NCBI RefSeq assembly: GCF_001194135.2
Contig: NC_068988.1
Span: 68,021,014-68,085,013, forward strand
Direction of reading: 5' to 3'
Source of the DNA: Octopus bimaculoides
Taxonomy: Eukaryota
Length of the DNA stretch: 64,000 nucleotides
A program made the position numbers and the translations under genes. This document shows positions 1 to 13,790 of this stretch, piece after piece. The first letter of the stretch is position 1. Every line of letters begins with the position of its first letter. The notes under the pieces are model-generated. The model had not been told where the DNA came from, ran no database searches, and worked only from the letters and a program-made list of their open reading frames with translations.

Positions 1-1032
1 ATATACGTACATATATGTATTTACATGTTTCTATGCATCTATGTCTATATATATGTGTGTTGGCATACATGCTTGTATATATGTATGCGTATATCTATGC
101 AAAATATTGTGATTGAGATTGCATCGTTATTCTGAAGGTTTAAGGGAAGTGTTCCAGCTTCTAATATCCGAGAAGATAATGTATTTGGAACCGTATATGT
201 GTCGGTGATTATGATTGTATATTTGCAAAAGTGCGCGTGAGAATGTTGTTGTGAGCGCGTTCGTGTGTTTATGTGTTTGCGCATAGTTCTGTGTATGTGT
301 GTGTATATGTGTGTATGATTCATTCTTACTGAAGCGGTATACCAATACTGTACCTACCCATGTCATGTAATAATGGAACTATAAATGTTATGATGTTTAA
401 CAATCTAATCGAATGCATTAATAACACGTAGTTCCTGTATTTTTGACTAAACACTCTTCGGATGAATGAAAGATAAATATCTTCCTTATCACTCAAATGC
501 ATTCATCCAACAAGCAATAAGCTAAATAGAAGAAATAATATTTTCGTTCTAGATTTTAATTCAAAGGAATGTCTGTAACACCACTGAACAATGAAGCAAA
601 TTTCATGTTACTTTTACAGTGACCAGTTATAGGGCATTTAAGTAAAGTCGAACAGCAAAACTAAAACAAAAAACAAATCTAAATGACGCTGCCATGAATC
701 GCAGTTAATGCTTTTCTTTTCGTTATCGCTTACTAATAGCCTTTGTTTTATCTACGTTTCATTCTCATGCTTAATGAAATTTTAGTGAAAAAATTTGCCA
801 TGATAACAATATTTACAACTCTCAAGCGTGTTATGGTGTTTTCTTTAAAGAGTTCACGGTTTCATGCACGGTGAACATACACCTTTATTTGACATTCATT
901 CAATTAATTTGAGATATTGCTTTTTGTAGAATATTTTTGAGTTATTTTCCTGAAGGATGAACTGTTGAAAAAGTTTGAGGTATTTCTACCGAATTGTTTT
1001 GTTAAGAAAAATGAAAAACGTGATAGATAAAG

Positions 1033-1063
<31 letters not shown>

Positions 1064-1205
1064 NNNNNNNNNNNNNNNNNNNNNNNNNNNNNNNNNNNNN
1101 NNNNNNNNNNNNNNNNNNNNNNNNNNNNNNNNNNNNNNNNNNNNNNNNNNNNNNNNNNNNNNNNNNNNNNNNNNNNNNNNNNNNNNNNNNNNNNNNNNNN
1201 NNNNN

Positions 1206-1236
<31 letters not shown>

Positions 1237-2784
1237 ATATTTTTTAATAAGAAATCATGTATATGATAAAAGGAGAAATTGAAATAAATCTGATGTGCTA
1301 GTATTTTGATGTTACATGAGATTATTTCAGTTTTAAGCTTGTGTATTTCATGCTTCAGATTTATATCACCTGCTACTTCTCATGTAATGCACTGTTAAAC
1401 TATCAATAATTCCTCAATACAAACGGATGTATTTCGTTTGCAAAGTTTACAGAACATTTCCGAACGTATCTTTTGCTTGAAATACCTGAACAGATATAAA
1501 GATAATAAGAAAAAAGCAAAGAAAGAAAAACAAAAAAAAAAAATACAAAAGCAAACCGAACGAACAAGATCACCTAAGGCTGACATATTTATGGTTAACT
1601 GCAACATGGAACGGTCTTTGAAATACGCACTTGTAGGCAGCACATATATTGTTTGAGAAATAATATTTTCAGATGCGAAAGAGTTATTTCCAAGTATCAA
1701 ATCAGAATTGCGAAAATAATATATATACTCTATATTCTATTTACTGATAAAATATATGATATCATCGTGTTTATGGTTATGTAGCGCAATTGATCACGGG
1801 CATCTATTGACAATGAATTTGCTTTTATAGGAAGTTTGTGACATTAATAACGAAAACATTGATTTATACAGCACCGAATACCTGTAGGACGTTCAGAAAA
1901 TATGTCCTTTTGTCTACTGAAACTCTGGCCATCATGTATATCGCAGAAGAGATAACATTACTTAGTAGATTTTAGTTTTAGCTTTCCTTAATAATTCTCA
2001 TCCTTTAAAGTTATTTAAAGTACATAGACTTTGCAGCACTATGTGCGATTCAATCATTAGCGTATATTTTACTATTATTCTGTCATGGAAACAGATACTA
2101 GCTTTGAAGCTAGATCACTAAGTACTTTTTGTAGAATCTACTCTGTTCGTGGATTCGTGGCAGATGTTCAGTCTAAGGAAAACTGTCTGATCCTTTGCCT
2201 ATGTAGTAAATTGATCCTTATAAAGGAGTAATTAACGTAAGAGCTAATGAGATCGGTGTGATTAGTGATAGAATATCACTTGAAATCATCATTTAAAATA
2301 GCAGGGTTATAGCTTCATTTAGTAATTTGTGTTTTGAGATTATTACATTAATCAAGTTTTAGCATAACCCCAGTTCTAATCATAGCATAAAGACAAACGA
2401 CACCCTACGTTAATTTCTTAATGAGAATTAACCTCCAAATATTAAAAACAGTTAAAATGCTTGTTTTTACACCGTTTCTCAACTATACGATAAGTGTTTG
2501 AGGGACTATTTAGATATTTCTAAGAGTGGTAATTACGTAGGTATTTGTATATGATATGAAAGTCGTAAAAGGAAATAGCTAAGAAGTACAAAATCGACAT
2601 TCTCTGTTTTCCAAACATCTATTTCAATTACTTTTATTGTAGTAATCTCCTTTAATTGTTAATTATAGATTTTAAGCGCTACTAGAACCATTTTGTGGAT
2701 AATCACACTTGTTCGAAAATTCTCAATTTATAATAATGCATATGTCAGACGTACCTCTTGTTAATATTTTGGATGTTTGTTTAT

Positions 2785-3010
2785 GGCGGTGAGTTGGCAG
2801 AAACGTCAGCACGACGGGCGAAATGCTAAGCTGTATTTCGTCTGTCCTTACATTCTGAATTCAAATTCTCGCCGAGGTCGACTTTGTATTCCATCCTTGC
2901 GGAATCTTGAAATCAGCGCCAGCTGCGTACTGGGGTCGATGTAATCGACTAGCAACCCCCCACCAAAAAAAATTCCTGGCCTTGTGCCAAAATTTGAAAC
3001 CAATATTATG
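2785..3010 (+). mobile_element. tRNA-derived SINE, family A
   Basis: Head GGCGGTGAGTTGGCAGAAACGTCAGCAC...TTCAAATTCTCGCCGAGGTCGAC; the same sequence recurs at about 19190, 25543, 47980 and 58470. Confidence 0.85.
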
Positions 3011-3027
3011 AATGTTTTTTTTTACCG

Positions 3028-3220
3028 AAGCAGAAAATGTTTAACGGAATTTCTTCCGTCTTTACATTTTAAGTTCAACTGCCCCAAAAGTCGACTTGTT
3101 TTTTCATTGTTTTGGAATTGAGAAGATAAGTACCAGTCTAGCACTGGAATCAATACTAAGTACCTCCTCCAAAACAATATGCCTTGTGCCTTTAGTAAAT
3201 ATAAAATTATAAAATTATGA
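3028..3220 (+). mobile_element. Degenerate 5'-truncated SINE family A copy
   Basis: Shares GTCGACTT...ATAAGTACCAG...GCACTGG...CCTTGTGCC with the adjacent copy. Confidence 0.6.
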
Positions 3221-4022
3221 ATGTTTTGTCTGTGTTTATGTGAAATGTGTAGATATTTAAATGTAGATATGAGCTTATATAAAATTTAATAGTGTTGGAG
3301 CAGGTTCACTCGACTGCACCATTAACCATTTATCTTATTCCTTTAGCATTTGCAATAGTAATTTTCCTACCCTGTTCATACATGTTAGTAGATTATTTTA
3401 GATAAGCTGGTAAATGGAAATATTCTGATTTATTTGTTGTTATTTTTTCCACTGTGCACTTCAAGCCGATTTCACCGGTACAATATAACCACTAATATTT
3501 ACATCATGTGTTGAAATTAGGTGATTATTTCCAATGCACGAACTTTACCAGCTTAACGTTGTGTTCATAGTATTAAAACATTGCTGGGGGAAGGAATACT
3601 TTGTTTTATCATTTATTTGCTCTTTCCTACTTTACAAACAGTATATTTTTAATGAATAGAACAAGCATTTCTACGAGGAAGAATTCGGGCAATAAACTTA
3701 TATTCGTCTCGGTCTCTTCTCATTTCACTCAACAAATAATTATTGAACTCTGTTACAGCATTCCATCACAATAATCGGGGGATTTATATTTTCTGGAGAA
3801 AGAATATAGAAAATACATTCGTCTTTTGTAAAACTATTATGAAAAAGAATAATGCTATATTAAAAACTTTGCTTCGTAATAATGGGATTCATGGTTCAAT
3901 CTTACTGTCCAGCTCAATGGGCAAGTGCAATTTACCTTCGCATCCAGCGATATCTGGAATTCAATTCTGAAATACGTTAATGGCAGTATTTAATAAATAT
4001 AGTAAATATCTATATCTTTCTA

Positions 4023-4077
<55 letters not shown>

Positions 4078-5502
4078 NNNNNNNNNNNNNNNNNNNNNNN
4101 NNNNNNNNNNNNNNNNNNNNNNNNNNNNNNNNNNNNNNNNNNNNNNNNNNNNNNNNNNNNNNNNNNNNNNNNNNNNNNNNNNNNNNNNNNNNNNNATATA
4201 TAGATATATATATATATATATATTTGTTTTCATTACTGAAAATATTTAAATAAAGCAAATATTCAGTAAGTAATTGCTATTACATTCTGAAATATCTCTT
4301 CGATATCCTTTCATAATTCAGGCTGATGACAGTAAATCGATAGAAAATATGACTACCTGTGGTACCCAATTGATTAATGTTAAATATCGCATATTACATA
4401 AAAAATATCCCACCAATATTGCACTAAAATTTACAAGAAATTCTATTATCACAGTATTTACTGAAAAACTACGAACACTCAATCATTCTGTTTATCAATT
4501 AGGGCTATGTTCTAAACATATATATATATATATGTGTGTCTGTATATATATATATATATATATACAAACACACATATATATACATTCAGTCATATTTCTT
4601 GGCGTCTTCGTATTTGTCGTTTAGCAGTTCATTATATCCATAGTCTCCATCGTAAGGAAAGTAACTGGAACAGAAAGCGCGGGCGCATATATCTTTTATT
4701 TTTTACTCGTTTCAATTACTAAACTGCGGCCATTCAGGGACACTGCTTTGAAAAATTTTTGTCAAATGGCAGGACCCAAGTTACTTGTTTAACTTTTATT
4801 TACTTTTTTATTTTAAGTATACTGCTTTCTCAATTGGTTTACTTTTGACGAACAGGTATGGGGTTGTAAAATCACTGACACTAGTTGTCAAACGGGGTGG
4901 GACACATGTAGATACACATGTGCGTATAAATANNNNNNNNNNATATATATATATATATATATAGCGATAGATGGATGGATGTGTGTGTGTATTGTCGTGT
5001 GTGTGTATTGCAATCGATAATAACGTGAGTTTGCAAGATCGATTGTAGCATGGCGTCCTTTGTGCATCCCTCTCTCTCACTCTCAATCATTCTCTCTCTC
5101 CCTCTCTCTCTCTCTCACACACACACAAACCAGATAGCTTCCGCACAAAGTTATTCTCTGTTATACTCATAAGTCATTTTTCATTCTGGTTGCCAATTAT
5201 TAGTCATATTTCTAATTTTCTCTATTGTTAATACTTTAATATTGTTGAATACATTGCTTTGGTGTTATGCTTTGTGTTCCTCCTCTCCTATATTGGTCTA
5301 CCTAACTGCAGTCTTTATTATCTATGTCCCTTCTCTCTCAATCTCTTTCTTTACCTTAAAACTGTATTCTAATCATATTTTCTTAAATTATAAAAATCAT
5401 TATTTTTAATGTTATGTAGAAATTTTAACCACTACCTGAAATTTGAATTCTTTCTTCTAAATTAGTATTGTTTAAACCGAGGGTTTGTAAAAGTACGTCT
5501 GG

Positions 5503-5544
<42 letters not shown>

Positions 5545-8495
5545 ATGTATATGTATATACATATGATAATAAAAGAAAATGTGCTTCTCCTTTTGTTGCG
5601 ATGTAAGTGGAGAATCAACTTTCTACTTTCACTTATTTGTCCAGATCCCCTGAGTTGGGTCGGTTATTTTCAACATACTATACATATATACATACATATA
5701 AGTGTACGCCTGTGTCTGTATACACACACACACGCACACACATACATACACATACACACACACGCATACACATATATACTCTATATACGTTTATGCGTTT
5801 ACGCCCCTCGATCGCATGCATTCATATGTCAGTTTGTGCGAACGCACGTTTTGCCGATGCATGTCGACGGAGTATCTATCCAACGGAGAGAAATTTGAAG
5901 GAAACGTTGCCATCCTAACGAGTTCTCTTTTACTCTCTATTGTTCCTACTGCTGAAAAACAGCGAACTAGTGCTCGCTCCATTGAATACATTTAACAACT
6001 ACGCTTTCCTTCATCAGTTATAACATAAAACAAATTAAACATTAAAGAAACGCGTTTTCAATTAACGATACTTCTTAATACCAGTCGAATTTAGAAGCAA
6101 GCAACATTTAAATATAGATATAGTTTTAATCTGAAAAGATTTTATTTTAATATTAGTAGTAGATGTTTATATATTCCTTCCAGCAATTGTAACACTAGTA
6201 AATATTTCCAGCGTGATTATAAATGCCATGTTTATTTTCCTGTAATTGCATGTCACCAATCTTTAAGGAGGCACAGAAATATTCGTGAAGTAATGAAAAT
6301 ATGATTTAAGGATTATGAAAGATGCTCGGAATTTACATTGAAAGTTGAAACAAGTTCTCAATAGATTAATTCCATCAAACCACAAGGCTTACCGCACAGA
6401 CGTGCGGTGATTTTGAAAGTGTCCACTGCTGTGCAAATTTAAACAATGTTAATTTTTAAGCGGGTTTTGTGTTGGGATGTAGTTAATCCAGACAGATGAG
6501 CACAATAATATAATGATCGACTAGATACAAAAGAATAATACTCTAGTTAATGATGTTAAACTTTAAAAGGTGGATTAATAGAAAGGAATTAAAATACTAC
6601 GTGCAAATCTATAGCTATGTGTGGGGAAAATGTGAAGATGTTGGCTGTTGGCTGCACATTATTTGAAAACCCAATGGAGCAGTAAATAAGAAATTTACAA
6701 CAGACAGTCCACTCTGGCAACTAACATCTTTCATCCTGTCTGCTATATAGAAGACGGAATTAAAATGAATATTTGAGGAAAGAACACAAAGGACAGTTAA
6801 TATAACAATAGACAATACGATTTTAAAACTGTGTGAATCAAAGAGAAAAGTATTTTATCCTATTAGAAAGATATATGAATTATCTATTGTTGCAATTTAA
6901 GATTAAAGAAAACTACAATAAATACAATAAAAAAGATAATTCATCTCTATGGAGTTATGATGGAACAGCAATATGCGAGGTGTTCAACGGAATACTACGA
7001 AGACAGCTGCCAAAACCGCAAGCAGTTCTTTTATTTTTTTCCGTGGAGATATAATATAGTGATAAATCTGCTATGTAATACTATTTCGTGACTGCTACTC
7101 TTTTGCCAAATTGCTAAATAACTTACAGATTTAACACATTTATTTCTTCAGAAATGAACAATGTGGACGTGTTGCATATAATACGGTTGTATAACTATGA
7201 AGATATTTTACGTTGGAATGAGCAACGGACGAGTACGAATCAATCAATATTTACTTTTATTCATAAATATATTTTTATGCTTAAGAATATTCTTTTCCAA
7301 ACATGATGTCAAGGTAGATTGACATTATAGCATACATTACAATATTTATTAAAATATAATTTTATGTGATATATATATATTTATGCACTTTTTTGGAAAT
7401 AGTTACATGCCAACATGATTCAGCTTTTAGTCACATAGTCTTCATTTCGATTTACTCTGCAGCATTTCGGGCAAGTGAATTCGATAATAATTTAGAGTCA
7501 ACTATAGATTTATGAGTGAAACTGCGTTGAAGGGAAATGTACGCAAACCTATTGTATATGATATGGTACAAGAAATCTGCTGTGGATGGTTTGTGGTTGT
7601 CTGGATTTACATCCCCACCAACTAAATCTTGATATAATTATATTCAGAACACAACTCGGAAGATAACCCTTCCCTTTCCTCGCCAGTTTCGAGGTCTTAG
7701 AATGCTGTCACTTCTCCGTCAATAAAGTTATACTAAACAATACATCTGTTCATGGGATAGGAAAAGTTAATGACAACATATCTCAAATTTCTAACATGTA
7801 ATTGGTTTGACTTTCAATCTGCGCGTCCTTTTCTTCTCTAATGTAAAATGAATTGTATCATTCAATGCCAGTGCCAATTTACCTATGAGTAACAGGAGTC
7901 TAATACTCAATATGATATGCTTCATGTATGCAATCAACCACTTAGGTTATCTGAGGTTTCTCCCAAAATATCCGGTGCAAATATACCCAATTCTTGTTGG
8001 CGAGAAACAAAGTTATAACAGCAAAATGGTCATCTGACAGCAAGTCAAAAATTCGGTTTTTTTGCCAACTCGACACTCGTTTGCGACACAGTAATGTTAT
8101 CAGTTTAAAACATACTAGTTTAAATCATGAATTAAGGATATTTGAACGCTATAAAAAAGCAAATATCACCTAATTTGCATCAACGTTAATATTATTGTCG
8201 TAGGTGCACAAAGTTTGAATGTTCACACTTTTCGACCAGTCGCTCTCAGTTTTATAAAATCGCACGTCTTCCTAGATTTTTCTAATAGACGGTACAAAGT
8301 ATTTTAGAGTAACATTTGGCTGCTTTTTGCATCAGATAGATCTCTCACAACATTAGATCCCATTAATGCTTTCCCTTTTCAAGAGTTCATTCTTTCTTAC
8401 GTAGGTACGTATCATCATGCAGTGTCATTGAGAATCACAAAACTAAATAAATGTGAAGAAATGTTTTCACACAAGTGCCTATTAGATAACGCACC

Positions 8496-8547
<52 letters not shown>

Positions 8548-10497
8548 CACCACACACNNNNNNNNNNNNNNNNNNNNNNNNNNNNNNNNNNNNNNNNNNN
8601 NNNNNNNNNNNNNNNNNNNNNNNNNNNNNNNNCACACACACCACACACCACACCACACCACACACCACACCACACCACACCACACCACACCACACGCTAA
8701 ATAATAGTGTTTCCCGTTATTCGGGAAATTTTAAAAAACAGTATTGCTTCCTTGTAAATGTTGTGGTTGCTATCGTCAATGATCTCTGCTGTATGGAACA
8801 AGTGATATCCTCGCCAAACATAGTATCACCTCTTTTCATTATCCTTCCTCAGATCAGAAGCTGCAGACGTCAACAACATTTGGATATTTAATTTATCTGA
8901 GATCTACATCACGGCAACAGTGCAGCATTCGTGGCGATGCTACAGTCAGTCGAGAATTAGGAAATTAGGAAAAGGAACGTCCATACTATATAGATGTAAT
9001 ATGAAAAAGTTATGAAAAGTTTTTAGTCTCCTATATATCAATTTGGACTACGTTATTATCTTTAACACCAGTATTGAATACTGACTGATATAGAAGATAA
9101 CCTATTAAGAACATAATATTGGCATTGGTATGAATGTTAAACACAGAAGTATATCTAGGGAAATATTAATGAATTCGATGTTTTTTATACGGATGTGTTT
9201 GTATATTCCAAAATAGCTCTCAAATAACTTCCTTTCATCTGTGCGTACCGTCCTTTCTGCTTACGTCGCATAATTACAGGAAAAAAATAGAACAGATGGA
9301 ATATTTCTAGATGATGTCTGGTTTATTGGTTATAGGACAACAGTTTACATTATCTCATATGAAAGATATTATTTCATGCCATCCAGAGCTGGAAATCAAA
9401 TGAATACGATACGCCGCGATTCTCATCACCAAGAACAACACTAGCAACACAAGTATATATTTCAGACTTTGGGCAAGAGTACACGTCGACATAAACCAAT
9501 ATGCATACAAAAGACTTAGCATCAGTTACATATTAACGTAACATCAGACTATGCTGCGTTTATTTCTATCATAGAATAGTTGCTTTGTTGAATATCCAGA
9601 AAATTATTAGTTTTGTACGAAAGGTAACTGAAAAGTAAGCAAGATACACAATGCAAGGGATGATAAAGCAATTAGATATAAGGAAAATAGCTTTACATTT
9701 GCGACCCAGATCAAATACGTAATTGTTGATATATAATTGACTTATATCAAAAGTTATGTTATCTTTTTGTTCATTGACATAATAGTTTCGTATGAGAAAA
9801 ACTTATCTCTCTCTCGTATATATTTATTTTCTCATATTCTGCATATGTACGTATATATTTATTTTCTCATATTCTGCATATATATATATATATATATACT
9901 TCGTTTTTGCATCTAGTTTGCAAGATTCTTTATGTGAACTCGTGTGTGGAAGCAAATGATGTGGTGTCTGGGGAGAGTCATTTTGTCTTAATGCCTTATT
10001 ATCTAACGTACTCACTGGTTCGATTTCTCTTCCAAAATTTTTGTTGCCTTTTGCAACCTTATCAACGACAGAAGACACCTATAGAGTGAGTACGATGCTA
10101 CAAAAATAAATACTTAGGATGATTCATTCAACTAAAAATTCAAGGTGGTGCCCCAGCATGACCGCAATCTAATGATTGAAACAGGTAAAAAAAATATTAA
10201 GAAATAAAAGATATTTGTACATACACACATACATATAAAAATATGTTGATACTGAGATATATATGGCAGCAGTCTAATGATTGAAATAGGTAAAAAAATA
10301 AAAAATTAAAGATATTTGTATATACTCACATACATACATAAATATGTTGATGCATATATAGATATGTTGTTATGGCTGATTGGAACGCTTTAAGCCTTAC
10401 AATAATAACTATCTGGACCGATATTGGTCATTTGGTAAAAAAATATAAATTGTAAATATTTTTAGAGGAAAACGTAAAGAATTCAAGGAAGGTTTGA

Positions 10498-11252
10498 CTG
10501 TTGTTTCTAGCACAACCCAAACCATCCTCCTTTTTCACTCTCACATGTATTGATGATTTTTTCAATATTTTTCTCCTGTTAAACACACTTTATAGAAAGA
10601 AGATGACGAAGTAACACATACGTGGTCCATTGGTGGAATATAAACAAACAAAAAAAAAAACAAAAACAAAAAAAACACAAGATTGCAGCGTGGTCGGTGT
10701 TTATAAGCCATTTAAAACACACAAAAACCGTTAGATTCACTTCAACAATTAAATTTAATTTGCCAAAATATGTTCGTCGTTTTGAGACCGCGACCTGTTC
10801 ACTGACAAAATTCCGTGCTGCATCAGTGAACAGGTCGCGGTCTCAAAGCGACGAAAATATTTTAGCAAAAAAAAAGAATAAAATAAAAATAAAATTAGTA
10901 ATTTAAATTTTTACCCCCACCTCAATCGAGCGAAGTCGTGTGTGTGTAAGATAAACCATTTTCTAACAGAAAAGTATGCTATTAAAATGAATTATCATTT
11001 GCGTAATTAATTCTTTATATCATTGTGGATAAATGAACAGCAATGACCTTCTCATGCTCTCCAGTATTTTAATTTATAAACAGACACAATCGGGGAAGGG
11101 TGTGGGGTTGCAAAAAATTCATGATTTTTTGAAATTTTCTTTCTTTACAATATAAATGTATTTATGGGGAGAAAAATATCGAAAAACATCAATACGTGCA
11201 AGAGTGATTAAGAAACGTGGAGGGTTGTCTTCGGATCTGCTAGAAACAACAG
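10498..11252. repeat. Pair of diverged inverted repeats of about 80 bp or more (10498-10576 and 11167-11252)
   Basis: CTGTTGTTTCTAGCA...CACTCT...GTATTGATG...ATATTTTTCTCC on the left matches the reverse complement of the right arm. Confidence 0.75.
10759..10869. repeat. Long hairpin: 47-bp arms with 3 mismatches and a 17-nt loop
   Basis: TTTGCCAAAATATGTTCGTCGTTTTGAGACCGCGACCTGTTCACTGA-loop-TCAGTGAACAGGTCGCGGTCTCAAAGCGACGAAAATATTTTAGCAAA; the inner 25 bp are perfect. Confidence 0.95.
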
Positions 11253-11424
11253 GAGTGAGATAATGGGGGTAGATTGTGAATAAAAATTTTTAAAGCTTTC
11301 TTCATACAAAGTTGATCCTCAACGTTATTTCGAAGACTGTGGTTAAATAAAAGTGATTGTTATGATGCAAAAGTGTCTTATTTCCAAAACGTTGCTTTTT
11401 CAGAAAGCGAAAAAATAATTTTAC

Positions 11425-11574
11425 CATTCCATAGCAAAGCTGTTGAACTACACTGACAATTTTTGATATCTTGGTATCAGTAGCAGCTGGAGATACGATA
11501 GTTTGACCAAAAGAACTGGCTACTGCGAATGAAAATAAATATTGAAAAAAATGAATTTGACCAAATTTGGCCAT
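11425..11574 (-). CDS. Candidate first coding exon of a secreted or membrane protein (signal-peptide-like)
   Basis: MAKFGQIHFFQYLFSFAVASSFG-QTIVSPAATDTKISKIVSVVQQLCYGM followed by a possible phase-0 donor ATG|GTAAAA. No homolog recognised; the donor and Kozak context are only moderate. Confidence 0.3.
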
Positions 11575-11597
11575 ACACTAATTTAGCATAATAGCAA

Positions 11598-11638
<41 letters not shown>

Positions 11639-11928
11639 NNNNNNNNNNNNNNNNNNNNNNNNNNNNNNNNNNNNNNNNNNNNNNNNNNNNNNNNNNNNNN
11701 NNNNNNNNNNNNNNNNNNNNNNNNNNNNNNNNNNNNNNNNNNNNNNNNNNNNNNNNNNNNNNNNNNNNNNNNNNNNNNNNNNNNNNNNNNNNNNNNNNNN
11801 NNNNNNNNNNNNNNNNNNNNNNNNNNNNNNNNNNNNNNNNNNNNNNNNNNNNNNNNNNNNNNNNNNNNNNNNNNNNNNNNNNNNNNNNNNNNNNNNNNNN
11901 NNNNNNNNNNNNNNNNNNNNNNNNNNNN

Positions 11929-11964
<36 letters not shown>

Positions 11965-13509
11965 ATATTTCACTTATTCCCGTCATTAGATTGTATTCGA
12001 ATTAGGGACGTATATATACTATGAGTGGTTGTCAAGTGGTCGTAGGGACAAATTTACGCATGTAAGTATCAATGTCTATGTTTGTGTACTTATTCAAATA
12101 TATTTAAATAATGTATTATCTATTAAACAATGACGGTTACTTACATAACAAAATATTAACAACGTTACACCATGCGAAAACATTTTTTGTAAAAGTTTGT
12201 TGTCATTATTGCATCTTTTACTCGTATCAGTCATTAGACTTCGGACATAATTTTTTTTAGCAGTTAATAACTTCAAAAAATGTTCGTTAGATATTTTGAA
12301 TGTATCAAGTACACGCACGGGCACATATATATATGCTACATACATAAAGACGCACACGCGAATTTTCATGTTTCAACTTCGCGTACTGGCAAAAAAAAAA
12401 AAAAGAAGTGAGAGCAAGGTGACCATAATCTTCATCGAGAAATATATAAACTATAGTGACCAATGGCAAAAGTATATGTCATGGTCGCTTGTATCAAATT
12501 TTCGCTAATTGTTCTATACTGCTTATGCAAATGTAAGCTGACATAAACGACACTCCCTTGTTCAAACCTAACATTCACTATGTGACAGATGGATGAAGAA
12601 GGAACAGCACGAGCTTTGAACTGGAACGCATATAAAATGAGTTAACTGGAACAACGTGAAAAGACGTACATTGATCACGTATGCAACGCTCAACTTAATC
12701 TACGAATCAAATGCATGATCATGTCTTCGTGAGCTCACTATCACTATCACTAGGTCTCTCTCTGTCTCTGTCTGTGTCTCTGTCACATGTACACGTGCGC
12801 GCCCGCTTGCACGTAAGTACAGATACACGCAAACACATACATATGTACACACTAACATACACATTTGCACGCACTTACCAGGACACATTTTGAAGCATTG
12901 TTTCTTATTTTTCAATCATAGGTAAGAACAAACATACATTATGTATGAATTCTAACCTTGATCACATCTGTAATATAATTTAACTACCTACAGGGAATTG
13001 GTGAAACTTTTGTTGATAAAATAACACGTGCTCACAAGAGTCTCACTCAAGTGGGAGATGTCTAATTAGAGATTACATATTTGCTGTTGCCAAAGAATCA
13101 CGAGAACTACAACGAAGCGAAAATTCAATGTGTCATATAGATAGTTAATCGATTTACTAGCATATAGTAATTACGTAACAAATGTGTTCCAAGATGATTA
13201 GGTAATGGTTGTGGAAGTAATCCACGCTGACAACAGAATTTCATACACAAAAGAATATAATTGAAAAAACAAAAATGAAATTATTAAAATGAAACATTAC
13301 AAAATTGTTCTTAATTTACAAAAGTTTTGTTGAAATGAATTATCCTCGAAAAGCAACTTGATTGGCAAATTACTCTAATGTTTTAACAGACTTCTTATTA
13401 ACAGCGTTTCAATAAAACACTAGCTTTAATGCTATCTTAGTGTGTAGTGAAATGGAAAGCAGATAATACGAACTGCCTCTAATTTTGCGAATCATATACT
13501 TACACATAT

Positions 13510-13511
<2 letters not shown>

Positions 13512-13587
<76 letters not shown>

Positions 13588-13588
13588 C

Positions 13589-13656
<68 letters not shown>

Positions 13657-13703
13657 CCTGTTTGTCTGTCTTCTGTCTATTTGCCTGTCTGTCTATCTGT
13701 CTG

Positions 13704-13776
<73 letters not shown>

Positions 13777-13790
13777 GTAATCTATTTATC
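13512..13790. repeat. (TATC)n/(TGTC)n compound microsatellite
   Basis: Directly visible; the source of the YLSI-repeat ORF. Confidence 0.95.

Noticed and set aside
4320-4360. CTGATGA...GAAA motif
   Set aside because: The intervening sequence does not form helix II and no valid helix III follows.
5985-6020. Minus-strand CTGATGA-AG-GAAA hammerhead-like string
   Set aside because: No helix II, no GAAAC-loop-GUH and no helix I pairing.
7511-7625. + strand short frame MSETALKGNVRKPIVYDMVQEICCGWF, resembling an EMI-domain end
   Set aside because: Only a CCGW-like match, an early stop, and no consistent neighbouring exons.
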